Shown: positions 11,936 to 25,147 of the stretch, piece by piece
Position numbering within the stretch: the first letter of the stretch is position 1
Layout of the letters: each line of letters opens with the position of its first letter
Source of the DNA: Octopus sinensis
Lineage: Eukaryota
NCBI RefSeq assembly: GCF_006345805.1
Contig: NC_043012.1
Location: 32,302,001 to 32,366,000, forward strand
Length of the DNA: 64,000 nucleotides
Direction of reading: 5' to 3'
Made by a program: the position numbers and the translations under genes
Notes under the pieces: model-generated
The model's input: the letters and a program-made list of their open reading frames with translations, nothing else
Database searches by the model: none
What the model was told of the DNA's origin: nothing

Positions 11936-13614
11936 GGCTACGTCAGTACATTGACTAAAGTTGTAGAATGCTCACAATATTTATGTAAATCTCTCTGTTC
12001 TGAGATCAAATCCTACTAAGATCACTTTTGCTTTTCAGCTCTCCAAGGCTGATAAAATAAGCTCATCCAATGTACAGGATTCTTTTTAATTGATTGTATC
12101 CCTCTCTTGAATGAATGGCTTATGTGCCCAATGTTAGAAATCATTATATATTTTGCTGCTGATTGAAGAATGTATACTGGATTGTCATCATCACCATTGC
12201 TTTCATGGTTTTCACCATCATTACTATTATTATTGGTAAAACAAATAAGTAGTAAGTGTAGAACATTGCAGTTAATGAACAAACTAAGCCTCCCCTGGCA
12301 TGTAAAAAGCACCCACTACACTCACAGAGTGGTTGGCGTTAGGAAGGGCATCCGCCTGTAGAAGCACTGCCAGATCAGACCCCAGTCGAACCGTCCAACC
12401 CATGCTAGCATGGAAAGCGGACATTAAACGATGATGATGATGATAATGATGTGTAATGAGAACTGAGTGGATAAATGCAATGTGGAATCATTTGCATATG
12501 AGCTGTAAAACATTTTATTAGGAATTTTTTAACTCTGCTAGATTATTAGTATGATGAAATTTACCAAGGAGGACATCAAAATTTTCACAAACTCGAGAGG
12601 GAAAAACAGACTAGAGCCATGTTGTTTCAACAGATGATATTTGTAGGATAATTTTTTTGATTTTGGTAAGGATGAATGTAATAAGAGATAGGTTATGTGT
12701 TTATAATTAGTTTAGTTCATATTCTGTTGATTTAGTATAATTGACTATGGTGGGCTGGTAGAAAACATGAAAAGAAAGTCCAGTTGAGTGGAAAAGCAAA
12801 CTTTAGAAGTTACATAATAATGTTTGTGTGTCTTAATGTTCATGTATTTAGGTCAGATTTGAGAAGGTATATGTCTTACTGAGTCCCAGTTGTGCAAGTA
12901 CAGACATGATTGTTATACATATGTATATGAGAGGGAGAGTAAGAGGTGAATGTGTGAGAGAATTGTCCTTTCTGCTGAGAGCAACTTCACTTGATAAGGA
13001 GCTAGCTGAACCAGCAGCAAAACTCTTAATGAAAGTGAGAAATCCAGGTTATTTATTATGGCCAAAAGGACTGGAAAAACTGTACAAATATGTGAAAGGT
13101 AGCTATGCTCATTGACTGAGAAATGATAGCCTCCATACATTCATATTTGTGTTGATTGGATTCTTTGATTACACCGTGTAGCATGATTTTTGTCCAGTTA
13201 TTTCCTATTTACTTATCCCTGGAAAGTATGAACAATAGCTAATATATCCTTCAAACTTTGCTTTTGTTATTTCTATTCAAACTCAAAGAATCCCTCTCAA
13301 CACATGGCTATGATGCTCCTCCACTATTTCTGCACTAAGGGACTTGCTCAAGTGGTTAAGGTCAATAAACTGACAAGCAAATCTAATGGTACTGAGCAGA
13401 ATATTTTGCTATAATGGTATTTCTGCTTCAGCAACTCTGTGCTGAATCTGTCTGAAATGTAATGGAAAATAAGTCAGTTTCAAAACATTGATGTCCAGGT
13501 TACAACAACAAAGTTTAAAAGGGAATGATAGTCATTTCCTTTGATTTCTAGATAGAAGCAAATAGGAAATAACACTTACTGATTAGAGACAAAATCAATA
13601 AATAAAAATTTTTT

Positions 13615-13618
13615 AATG

Positions 13619-13650
<32 letters not shown>

Positions 13651-13651
13651 T

Positions 13652-13696
<45 letters not shown>

Positions 13697-13730
13697 AATT
13701 ATTGTATACAGTGCTCAGGTGTACCACAAC
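13615..13730 (-). mobile_element. Extreme 3' end of the CR1 family at 1231-3870, with expanded (ATT)n tail
   Basis: gaaattattgtatacagtgctcaggtg.accacaac is essentially identical to 1252-1287 and abuts (TAA)n. Confidence 0.8.
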
Positions 13731-14765
13731 AATTTTGTTACATGATATTCGTGGAAATTCAGTGCTAATGATTGATGAAAATAAAAAAGATTTTCTTATT
13801 TATCAAGTTGTACAATAGCTTAACAATCACCGAAAATTTGGAACTGGTATCAAAGCCTATCAACATTATACGTGACTATAAACATATACATTATGGAGTG
13901 ACAGGCTGTCCACTACATGTTTATTACTTTCTGGGTGACTGTATTGTTGATTGTACTACAATGTACTATACTGTTTATTTGTCTCAAATTAGATAATCTT
14001 CAAGGTAATCTGTCACTTACTTAGTGATAGCAGGATAAGTTATTTTATTTGATGTTGAACATAATGAGGTGAAATGACACAAAATCTGTAGTATAAGCAG
14101 TAATATTTTTACTTAGCAATCTGTAAAGCTCAAAGTTCAAGTGCCATCGGTGAGACCTGTTACTATTTCCTGTCTCAAAATAATACAGATAGTATCTGAT
14201 ATTAGATGGAATTTTCTTCAGCAAACATTTAGTGGCCTACTGTTAAAAATAGGAGATTGGACTTCTTTGAAGACACTTCTTGTGACTAACTGCAAGATAC
14301 TACTAGAAATAATAGTCATAAAGATTTCTAGTATTGACACAAAAGCTACAATTTGGGGGTAAGGTGTTGCCCAACTAGGTGTTTTGCATGAAGAAATTCT
14401 TTTTCCATTATTTTCTTGTTCTTTGTTGTTGTTGTTGCTTTGATTGGCTTTTGTGGTGGTGGTCGTGGTAGTGGTGCTGCTGTTTTCCTCTGTTTCCCTT
14501 CTTTATGCTTTTGTTGGTATTGTTGTTGTTGTTCTTGCCCTCCCTCTCAACCACATTAACTATTTTGATTTTAAAACTCAAAATTTTCCCTTAAAGAGCA
14601 ATTTCTCGCCAGCCCCCAGCTAACCCCCTCTTGCAGTGAGCTGGATTATATCATCAAAAGTTCAATAAAATTTAGAAATCCTAACAATGAAACAACAGAT
14701 TTTAAGCAAAACTTACAGAGCTCTGAACATGTGGCCACCAGGTCCAGACACAAAGAATAATAATG

Positions 14766-14800
<35 letters not shown>

Positions 14801-15197
14801 TCTGCCCTAGGTGTACGGAAAACACTTGGCGAGAAACGGAAGAAAATTTTAAGAAAGAAGGAATAATAATAATGATGATAATAATAATAATAAGAAGAAG
14901 AAGAAGAAGAAGAATGATTTCTAATGTCTAGAGAGAATCACACGATAAGATCAAATGAATCTACCTTAGTTTTTGGCTTGTGTTTATTTTATTGATTCCA
15001 GAAGGATGAAAATTATCTTCGGCAGGGTTTGAACTTGAACTGTACTTCCTAAAAAATAATAATGGCTAAATGTAAAGGTTGCCCAGAATCTTGTAGCATT
15101 GTAGATGAAAATGGAATAACTAATTTTTACAAGAAAATTGATAAAATTGATAAAATGTATTTGTTGTGATTGCAGCTGTGTTTTGTTATCGTTGCAG

Positions 15198-15323
15198 CGA
15201 CAGAAGAGGTTTCTGCCACCCACTTAACCCGAAATGGTATTATCATCAGAACTCTGCAACAACAAGGCTATCCACAAGTATTCATTGATTATGCGTATTT
15301 CAAGCTTAAAATGGACGGCATAG
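15198..15323 (+). CDS. IAP gene exon D: linker and first part of a UBA-like domain
   Basis: gttgcag/CG...ATAG/gtttgt, phase 1-1, open frame TEEVSATHLTRNGIIIRTLQQQGYPQVFIDYAYFKLKMDGI. The GY loop sits where IAP UBA domains have MGF. Confidence 0.75.
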
Positions 15324-15914
15324 GTTTGTATACATAATAATATTTATGGTTTCAAACTTTGGCACAAGGCCAGCAATTTGGGGGGAGGGGTAAGTTGATT
15401 ACATTGACCCCAGATTTCAAATGGTTTTTATTTTATTGACCCCAAAGGGATGAAAGGAAAATTCGTCCTTGATGGGATTTGAACATAAATACGAACAAAA
15501 GGTAACTAAGCATTTTACCTGGAATGCTAGCAATTGTGCCAGTTTGCCACCTTACTACTACTAATAATAATCCTTTCTACTGAAGACACAAAACCTGAAA
15601 TTTGTGAGAAGGGGATAAGTTGATTACATTGATCCCGGTGTTTCACTGCTACTTAATTTTTCAACCCCAAAAGGACGAAAGGCAAAGTTGACCTCAGTGG
15701 AATTAGAACTCAGAACACAAAGACAGATGAAATGTCATTAATGCTGCCATGTAGCATCGCTGTCCATGCACAGGCATCATACAATCTGCTTTTAACTCTG
15801 AGGAGAAGGCCCTTTGTTATCAACAAAGGTAGCTTTCTGAACTTTGCTCAGGTCATTCTTGTACTAGCAACTACACAAAGCATCCTCCTCCTCCACTGCT
15901 AGGCAACAGAAGCT

Positions 15915-16740
15915 ATCTACTACTTTCAAGGATCCTGTCAGACATTTGAGGAAGTCTATTTCTTGTACATTCTTCGTGTTTATTATACCCGTCATACACA
16001 GAGACTACTTTCTCTGTTAACCTTCCCATAATACTGCTGCACATCTTGTGTCTCCATAGCTTGCATTGGATACACTATGGAATTTCTACCTTCACCTTTT
16101 CTGTATATCGAGCAGATCCAGCTCCCCAAAGGGATTAGGAATTTATCTGCTTTCCTACTTACTTGGAGTTTGGTCTTCACTAAATTAACTCTTAGGGCCT
16201 TTGATTCCAGACCTTGCTTTGACACCTGAAATTTCTTCTCTAATTCTAGTAGAGATTCAGCTGTAAGAACAAGGTCATTAGCATAGAAGAGCTTCCAAGG
16301 GCAACTAGTCTTAAATTCATCTGTTATGGCCTGGAGGACAATGATAAACAAGAGAAGTCTGAGGAACACTGCTTGGTGAACTCCTACCTGTATAATTAAT
16401 TCATTGCTATACTCAGTGCTGACTTTTACTTTAATGACAACATTCCTATACATAGCTTGTATAGTTCTCACCAACCCCTCATCTATCCCTAGCTTCTGCA
16501 ATGACCACCAGATAAAGGAATGGTGAACCCTGTCAAAGGCTTTTTCCATGTCGACAAAAACTAAGTACAGAGGTTATTTTTTGCCAAATACTTCTCTTGC
16601 AGTTGCTTTATTAGGAAGATAGCATCAGTAGTGCTTCTCCCTGGTGCAAAACTAAACTGCATCTCATCTAGGTTGACTCTCTTCCTAATTAGTTGAGCTA
16701 TGACTCTCTCTGCAACTTTCATCTCCTGGTCCAGCAGTTT
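15915..16740 (-). mobile_element. RTE LINE reverse-transcriptase fragment
   Basis: QFSFAPGRSTTDAIF, DMEKAFDRV, VGVHQ, YANDLVL (degenerate YADD). Confidence 0.88.
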
Positions 16741-17380
16741 TATATGTATGTATGTGTGTAAAAACACCATATCTGTCTAGTGCTGTCAGATTCCCAGACC
16801 CTGCATTTCTAGCTCTTAAGCTGTTATCAATAAAAAATACCAAAGAGAGTTAACTCTGGACAGATTTCAAGCCATAAGAGAACTTGGCATAAGTGAACTT
16901 TAGCTTAGTTAAAATATACTTCAAAAGTCAAATTCACTGCAGTTGTCTGGGAAGAAAAAATTCTGTCATGGTAAAAGGAGTAAAAACCACCATATCTGTC
17001 CATTTGCCAATATTGCTGAAATAATACTAATGTAATGTTATATATTTAATATATCATATAATAATATTTCACCAATTATCTGCTGGTAAAGTGATGAAAC
17101 AATTGTAGTATTATGCAAGAAGCATATTTTACTCAATCCACTCTTTCTTGTTTACATCTTTATTGTGTGTGTGCTTGTATATATATATATATATCTGTAT
17201 GTATGTGTGCTGGTACCATATAAGAAGCACTTGTGCCAGTGCTGCATAAAAGGACACTTTTTAAAGTGGTTGGCATTAGGAAAGGTATCCTAAACCATAC
17301 CAAAACAGAGATAAGGCCAGGCAGCTCTTCAGCCAGCCACCTACTGCCATAATGTCCAACCCATGGTAAACGGACATTAA

Positions 17381-17424
<44 letters not shown>

Positions 17425-17486
17425 CTCACACACACACACACACAACTAGATAGAAAAACCTACTGATATGTAAGCTTTGTGCCTGT

Positions 17487-18070
17487 CATCATCATCATTG
17501 TTTAATGTCCGCTTCCCATGCTAGCACGGGTTGGACGATTCGACCGGGGTCTGAGAAGCCAGGAGGCTGCACCAGGCACCAGTCTGATCTGGCAGAGTTT
17601 CTACAGCTGGATACCCTTCCTAACGCCAACCACTCCATGAGTGTAGTGTGTGCTTTTTACAGTGGCCAGACGAGACTGGCAAATGGCCATGATCGGTCAG
17701 TGACATATACGCCAGTCAGGTGGCGCTGGCATCTGCCACGTTCGGATGGTGCTTTTCTTTTAACTTGTCACCGGCACGGGTGTCTTAACTACCATTTTCA
17801 TTCAATTTTCATTTGATGTTTGTTTTAACGTACTTGACTCAATAAGTCTCCTCAAGAACAGCGGGTCACTCTATGATCCAAGGTTAGCACAGCAGGCCGT
17901 CCTGCGAGCCATGAACTCACTTCATTCGTTGGGTCTTCGAAATCACAGCATATCTCCAGAGGACTTGGTCTTTCATCATAGCCTCTGTGAGGCTCAACGT
18001 ACGAAGGTCATGCTTGACCACCTCGTCCCATGTCTTCCTAGGTCTACCTCTACCCCGGATTCCTTCTTGA
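17487..18070 (-). mobile_element. 5'-truncated RTE LINE: ORF2 C-terminus, 3'UTR and (GAT)n tail
   Basis: The reverse strand reads EGIRGRGRPRKTWDEVVKHDL...LWRYAVISKTQRMK*, then the shared 3'UTR. Confidence 0.85.
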
Positions 18071-18135
18071 CATTAATTTCAGTAAGTGTATCTCATTGCC
18101 AATTATGATTGTTCTCTTATTTCCATTGCTTTCAG

Positions 18136-18237
18136 AGAGAGAATACGCTAACGCAGAAGAACTGTTTTGTTTCATACATACGCTTCCAGGAGCTGAGGAA
18201 GCTGCTTCGGAAAGAATGAGCAACCCAACTGTTAAAA
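18136..18237 (+). CDS. IAP gene exon E: end of the UBA-like domain and linker
   Basis: gctttcag/AG...AAAA/gtaagt, phase 1-1, EREYANAEELFCFIHTLPGAEEAASERMSNPTVK. It resembles the Y-x-x-x-x-(D/E)-L helix ending IAP UBA domains. Confidence 0.8.
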
Positions 18238-18562
18238 GTAAGTTTCTCTCTGCTCCTTACTCACTGCATAAGCACTGTAATTACTTGCAATGTAATATCC
18301 TAGTAGCCTCATCAGGTAAATAAGGCAGTAGTTACTTATCTGAATTTTAATTTGAGTGAGGTCATTGCCAGTACCGCCTGATTGGCCCCCGTGCCGGTGG
18401 CACGTAAAAAGCACCAACTACACTCTCAGAGTGGTTGGCATTAGGAAGGGCATCCAGCTGTAGAAACCCTGCCAGATCAAGATTGGGGCCTGGTGCAGAA
18501 AATTAAGGTAATATTTTATAGTTTTAAGCTAAAAAGTTTGTATTTTTCCCTTTCTTTTTTAG

Positions 18563-18717
18563 GTCCACATGAAACAAATTTCGTCAAATTATGTAAAGTG
18601 TGCCTTAATATGGAAGGTAAATTTATTGCACATCCGTGTGAACATTTTAACTGCTGTGTATATTGTAAAGAAAAGTTTAAGGTTTGTCCATCATGTATGG
18701 CTGATGTTACTTTCTGA
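18563..18717 (+). CDS. IAP gene exon F: C3HC4 RING finger, annotated stop TGA 18715-18717
   Basis: Long pyrimidine tract and ag at 18562; CKVC-X11-CEH-X2-CCVYC-X6-CPSC. Confidence 0.9.
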
Positions 18718-19471
18718 AAAAAAGAAGCATATCTATGCTAAGTAGCAATTTGAACACTGACATGTAAATTTTGATGAACTGATGGAATCCTTAAATATAA
18801 ATTTAAACAATAATTATGGATATAAAATTGCTACTTCTCCTTTTTGTTAATCCTCCTGTTTGTCTGTTTATGACTTTGTTCAAAGGAATCTTATTTACTT
18901 TTATCAATCCACAGAATATCTTTGCTTTTATGGTTTCTGAGTTTTTAACTTCTCCTAAAATAATTAGAGGTGTATGCCTGATCTTCTTGAACCTACCTTT
19001 TCACAGAAAACGATATTAAAAAATGACTTAAGATATAATTTAGCATAAAATTTGCTGTTACATAAGTATAACAATAGTCCACTAAATTTTGTAATTTTTT
19101 GTTTTATTTATATTAAATGTATTTTTCCAAATGATGTTTCTTGAAAAATTTTATTATGATTAGAAAATGAAGTATAAAATTTAGCATTAGTCAAGTTGAA
19201 TACAGCTAAATCATGTTTATATTAAATACATTTTCAAATCTTTAATATTTATTTCATAATTTGAATAAATTATTGTGTATGAAAACCAGTTCATATTTGA
19301 TAACGACAAAAGTTTTGTATTAGTGAAATTTTAATTTTTAATAAAGAAAATTCATTAGATAGTTGAATATACAGGAGTTTGTGAACTTACAAATTTTTAA
19401 TGTGAAAGTAAATTTTTTGTTGTTCCAATATATACACACCACACACACACACACACACCCACACACACACA

Positions 19472-19532
<61 letters not shown>

Positions 19533-19930
19533 TATATATATACACATACATATATATATATATATATATAATATATATATAGATAGATAAATGTACATAT
19601 ATATAATATATATATATTATATATACATATAATGTGTGTGTATATATATATAGATATAGATAAATGTACATATATAAAATGTATATATATATGTATATAT
19701 AATGTATATGTATATCATATACATATATATCATAAATATATATATATCATAAATATATATATATATAATATATACACATATTTCATAAATATATATATAT
19801 ATATATACACACATATATCATAAATATATATATATATACATATATCATAAATGTATATATATATATATATACACACATATATCATAAATATATATATATA
19901 TATATATAATATATAATATATACATATATC

Positions 19931-19966
<36 letters not shown>

Positions 19967-20323
19967 AGGGCAAAAATATCACTTGCCAAATATGAAAGCG
20001 AAAGCTTCAAAAACCCACCAATACTACGATAAATACACACACGAGGCATGCAATGAATATTTTTTAAAATAGGCCAACCTTCAGGATGGAATTTGAACAT
20101 AGTTTACTTACCCCAATATCAATTGATTTCATGCTGTGCATGAGAAAACATGGTTTGGAATCATTAGTTGGAGATAGTAACATCTATTTCTAAAATATTC
20201 TCATCTGCATTTCTAACTCATCTGCATTTCTAACTTTAAACGTCCCACTTCGTTTAGAGAGAAAACGATCATAAACAATAAAAATGCAAATATATAAAGG
20301 CATTATTATTCTTGCTTATACAT

Positions 20324-20354
<31 letters not shown>

Positions 20355-20358
<4 letters not shown>

Positions 20359-20619
20359 AAATATTATTAGAGACAAAACCACTATTTTGCAAAACAAACA
20401 AGGAAAGACTTAATCAATACATAAAATTTTAATAAATAGTCAAAAAAACCTTCATAATTTGTAACTGAATTATTGGAAGTCCACCTGAAGATTGTCGATC
20501 AAGACAAGAAACGATTGTAGTGGCGGTTTTTTTGACTATTTATTAAAATTTATGTATTGATTAAGTCTTTCCTTGTTTGTTTTGCAAAATAGTGGTTTTG
20601 TCTCTAATAATATTTTATA
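20355..20619. repeat. Foldback: 96/95-bp inverted arms around a 74-nt spacer
   Basis: 20355-20450 is the reverse complement of 20525-20619 with one indel. Confidence 0.92.
20481..20523 (+). ncRNA. Minimal type I hammerhead ribozyme motif (Penelope-like), predicted cleavage after GUA 20519
   Basis: CCAC-CTGAAGA-TTGTC gatcaa GACAA-GAAA-C gatt G-TA-GTGG: stems I, II and minimal III with an intact catalytic core. Confidence 0.72.
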
Positions 20620-21116
20620 ATATTTTACTATAAAATTGAATTTAATCCTAATCTGATTTTTTTCCCTGTAAATTTGGATTTATTCCCTAATATTTATTAT
20701 TATATATATATATATATATATATATTGATATATATATTATATTATATATATAATATATAATATATTATATATATATATATATAATATATATCATATATAT
20801 TATATATATATATATATATTATAATAGATATATAATATATATATATAATATATATATATAATTGATATATATATATATATATTGATATATTAAGATATAT
20901 TTAATATATATATATATTGATATATATATATATATATATTGATATATATATATATATATTATTGATATATATATATATATATATATGATATATCTATATA
21001 TATATTATATTGATATATATAATATATATTGATATATATATATAGATATTGATATATATATATATATTATATTGATCTATATATATATAATATATTGATA
21101 TTATATATATATATAT

Positions 21117-21154
<38 letters not shown>

Positions 21155-21823
21155 TAATAATAATATTATATACTATATCTATATTGATATATATATTGAT
21201 ATATATATATATATATTGATTATATATGTTGATATCTCTATATATATATAGATATATATATATATATATTATATATATATATATATATTGATATATATAT
21301 ATATATATATCTTATATATATATGATATGTATATATTAATATATATATATGTAATATATTATATGTATATATATATATATATGTATTATATATATATATA
21401 TATATATAATATATCTATATGATATATGTATATATGTATATGTATGTATATATATATATATGTCTATATATATATAATATATATATATATAGTATATGTA
21501 TATGTATATATGTGTATATATTATTATATATGTGTAATATATATATATGTATATATGTATATATATATTATATGTATATATGTATATATTATATTATATA
21601 TATATAATGTTATATATATATAATAATATATATAATGTGTGTATATATCATGTATATATATATATATATATAATATATATGTATATATGTATATATATGT
21701 ATATTATATTGTGTTATATATATATATATATGGTATATATATATATATATTATATGTATATATATATATATATGTTATATGTATATATGTGTATATATAT
21801 AATATGTGTATATAATATATGTA

Positions 21824-21864
<41 letters not shown>

Positions 21865-24065
21865 TATGTATATGTGTATATATATATATATGTGTATATA
21901 TATATATGTATATATGTATATATATGTATATATATATATATATATGTGTATATATATATAATGTGTATATATATATATATGTGCATATATATATAGTATA
22001 TATGTATATATATGTATATCCTATATATATCTATAGTACTATAATGTATATATATTATAATATAATATGGATATATATGATCCATATATATATATAGAAA
22101 TATAATATATAATTATATATAATATGTATATAATATCCATGTATTATATATGTATATATTATATATACTATATATATGTAGTTATAATATAATATATGGT
22201 ATATATATAACTATATTATGTATAATATCTTATGTTATATATATAATATGTCTGTGTATAATATTATGTGTATATATATTATATATATAGATATAATATA
22301 TGTATATTTATGTATATATATATTATATATACTATATGTATATATTGTATATATATAATATATATATATATATATAATATTATATTATATAGTATATATA
22401 TGATGTATATATATATCTATATATGTACATATTATATATATTTAACATTATATATATCTATATATATTGAATAAATATATATGTAAATGCTATATCTTGG
22501 GTACATTTGATAAATATATTTGTTTTTATATTTTATTCATTTATATTTAATTTTCATCTCTATAATATGGTTTGTATATGATGACCTATATGACACAGAA
22601 ACACACACATACATGCACACACACATACACACACACACACACACACACATGCATGTTCACTTAGTTTTTCTAGTATATTAAATGTTTCCTTTCATCTTTC
22701 ACTGTCTTGTGGGGTCTTTTGTGAACAAAAAATGTTTTCATCATTTATTGGATTCTATACTGTTGACATGTGTACATCTGTAAATCTGTAAATTAAAATC
22801 GAAAACTACTTTTCAAATTCAAAATGCATTTAAGCTTTGCAGATCTTTTATTAATTTTATGTTTGTTATAATAAATGTGAAAAAAAAAAATGAATTTTTG
22901 TTACTGTAATACAGGCTATTTAACATGTCGTGACATAAACCAGCTAGTGTATGTTTTCATGCATGAAAGAAAATGATTCAAAATTATGTCATGCAATTTT
23001 GTTGTGATAATAGAAAATAAATTTTACGTGAAGTCTTTTTTTCCCAATTAGATGAGTTCTAAAAAATGGGTTGCTTAAATAAAAATTTTATGGAATTGAT
23101 TTGTTCTGAATTAACTTTCTGTTTAATTCATTAACGACAACTACTACTACTACTACTATTTCTACTGCAACAACAACAACATCAACCTCAACAACAAGAA
23201 GTTAGTACATGATAATTTAATTAGCCAGAGTATTATCTTGAAATTTGGTGACAAGTCTCTTAAAATCACAAGAATCTTGTTTAGGATTCTTATAGAATAT
23301 AGGATGGTACTTTTCTGCAGGTTGACAATGTCAGTCTTGATTCCAATCTCTTTCAGTCTTTTAGGTAGCATTTTGGGTGTTGTGCCAGGTGTACCAATTA
23401 CCACAATTACCACATGAATAACTGTTGTCTTAGTCTTCCGCAGTCTCTTCAGCTTTCTGGCAACATCCTGATATTTCTCAATTTTTTCAATTTCTTTGGT
23501 ATTCATTCTGTTACCATAGAGAATTGCAAAGTCTTTGATCTTACACTGTTTATTTTATCCCCTGTAATCATATCTTGTCTACTTGCTTCAATAGTATGGT
23601 CAGTATTTATGGGGAAGTCTCGTAAGATCCTGCAATTCTCATTCTTTGTCACAGCTACTGGTTTGTATTCATGCCACTTTCCTGTCATTTCGAAGCCACA
23701 CACTTGGCTAACATCCCATTGCTCTCTTTTACCTATGCAGTCATGCCTGTGCTTACACTCATTTTTATGCTAGCTTACTGCACTTACTCAAGAAATGATT
23801 GATACTTTTGTTTCACTTTCCTGCATACTCTTCATTTGTGGTCTGACTAATTTTTATCTCCTCGAAACTCTACCAGAAGTCTTTCTCCTTGAACCCCTAC
23901 CAGAAGTCTTTCTTCTAGTATCTCTATCAGATACCTTATATGCAATGCTCTCTCCCCCACTTCCGTCTCTATCTAGTGGCTATCCCCTGATAAACGTAGC
24001 AAATGTGAAGTGAATAAAATGATGGTGAAGTAAATGCAGGTTATAACTTATTTGTCTTTCTACTA

Positions 24066-24560
24066 TTTGTCTGCCAAAAATAAACCTCTGTACCTGGCTT
24101 TTGTTGACATGGAAAAAGCCTTTGACAAGGTCCCCGGCTCCTTTATCTGGTGGTCAATACAGAAGCTAGAGGTAGATGAGTGGTTAATGAGTGGTACAAG
24201 CCATATACAGGGATGTTGTCAGTAAGGTGAAGATTGGCAAAGATATATAGCAATGAATTCAGTGTGCAGGTAGGCATTCATCAGCACTCAATTCTCAGCT
24301 TCTTCATGTTTATCTTAGTCCTCCAGGCCTTAATAGAGAAATTCAAGACTGGCTGTCCCCAAGAGCTCCTCTACACTGATGACCTTGTTCTTGTAGCTGA
24401 ATCACTACCTGACCTAGAGAAGAAATTTCAGGTGTAGAAACAAGGTCTGGCGTCTGAGGGCCTTGGGCTTAATTTAGCAAAAACCAAAGAGTTAGTAAGA
24501 AAACAGACAAATCACAAACCCCTTCTGGGAGATGGCCCTGCTCACTATGTAAGAAGGGTG
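24066..24560 (+). mobile_element. RTE RT fragment nested in the R4/Dong remnant
   Basis: LYLAFVDMEKAFDKVP, VGIHQ, LLYTDDLVL. Confidence 0.85.
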
Positions 24561-24921
24561 TTGATCTAACATCTGCTCTTCAGATGATGATGATGATGAT
24601 CCTAATATCTTGTTCCTGAGCAGCTATAATTAGCGCTTCGGTGTCTTGTTTCAGGTTTCCATCATCCAACATCCAATGTTCTCAGTTTATTGTATGAACT
24701 GGTCATGTAATTCCATTTCTTCCCATTTGCTTGCTCTGCTCTTCTTTTTCTTCTTGAATCCTCCAACAGTTTCAGTAACATTTTGGGCATCTCCAGCTGC
24801 TGATAGTATTCAGCACAACATAATTTTTTCAATTCCAATATCATTTGTACTGTTTAGTAAATCTCTGCCTCCTTCCTTTCTTCATAGATAGAGTTTGTTG
24901 GTATTACCTTTAGGGTAGCAT

Positions 24922-25147
24922 AAGGCGGCGAGCTGGCAGAACCGTTAGCACGCCGGACGAAATGCGTAGTCGTATTTCATCTGCCGTTATGTTCAAATTC
25001 CGCCGAGGTCAACTTTGCCTTTCATCCTTCCGGGGTCGATAAATTAAGTACCAGTTATGCACTGGGGTCAATATAATCGACTTAATCCGTCTGTCTGTCC
25101 TTGTTTGTCTCCTCTATGTTTAGCCTCTTGTGGGTAGTAAAGAAATA
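24922..25147 (+). mobile_element. SINE family A, full length, 22-bp TSD GGTATTACCTTTAGGGTAGCAT
   Basis: TSD at 24900-24921 and 25148-25169; body matches 1583-1812. Confidence 0.9.

Larger units (their letters stand above)
19430..22480. repeat. ~3 kb (TA)n-rich low-complexity block interrupted by a foldback (20355-20619)
   Basis: Near-continuous TA/TATG/TACA dinucleotide-type sequence. Source of all the Y/I-rich ORFs in the track. Confidence 0.95.

Noticed and set aside
18245-18325. Minus-strand CTGATGA...GAAAC as another hammerhead
   Set aside because: There is no convincing stem II and no stem III/NUH site. The GAAAC is just the complement of the exon E donor.
18715-18717. Selenocysteine recoding of the RING TGA
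   Set aside because: I found no SECIS-like element in the AT-rich 3' region, and the position is not a Cys ligand.
19338-22474. Many Y/I/C/V-rich ORFs (also 37087-37407, 44587-44925, 46044-46280) and the poly-HT ORF at 10944-11174
   Set aside because: They are translations of TA, TG and AC microsatellites, which lack stops in some frames.
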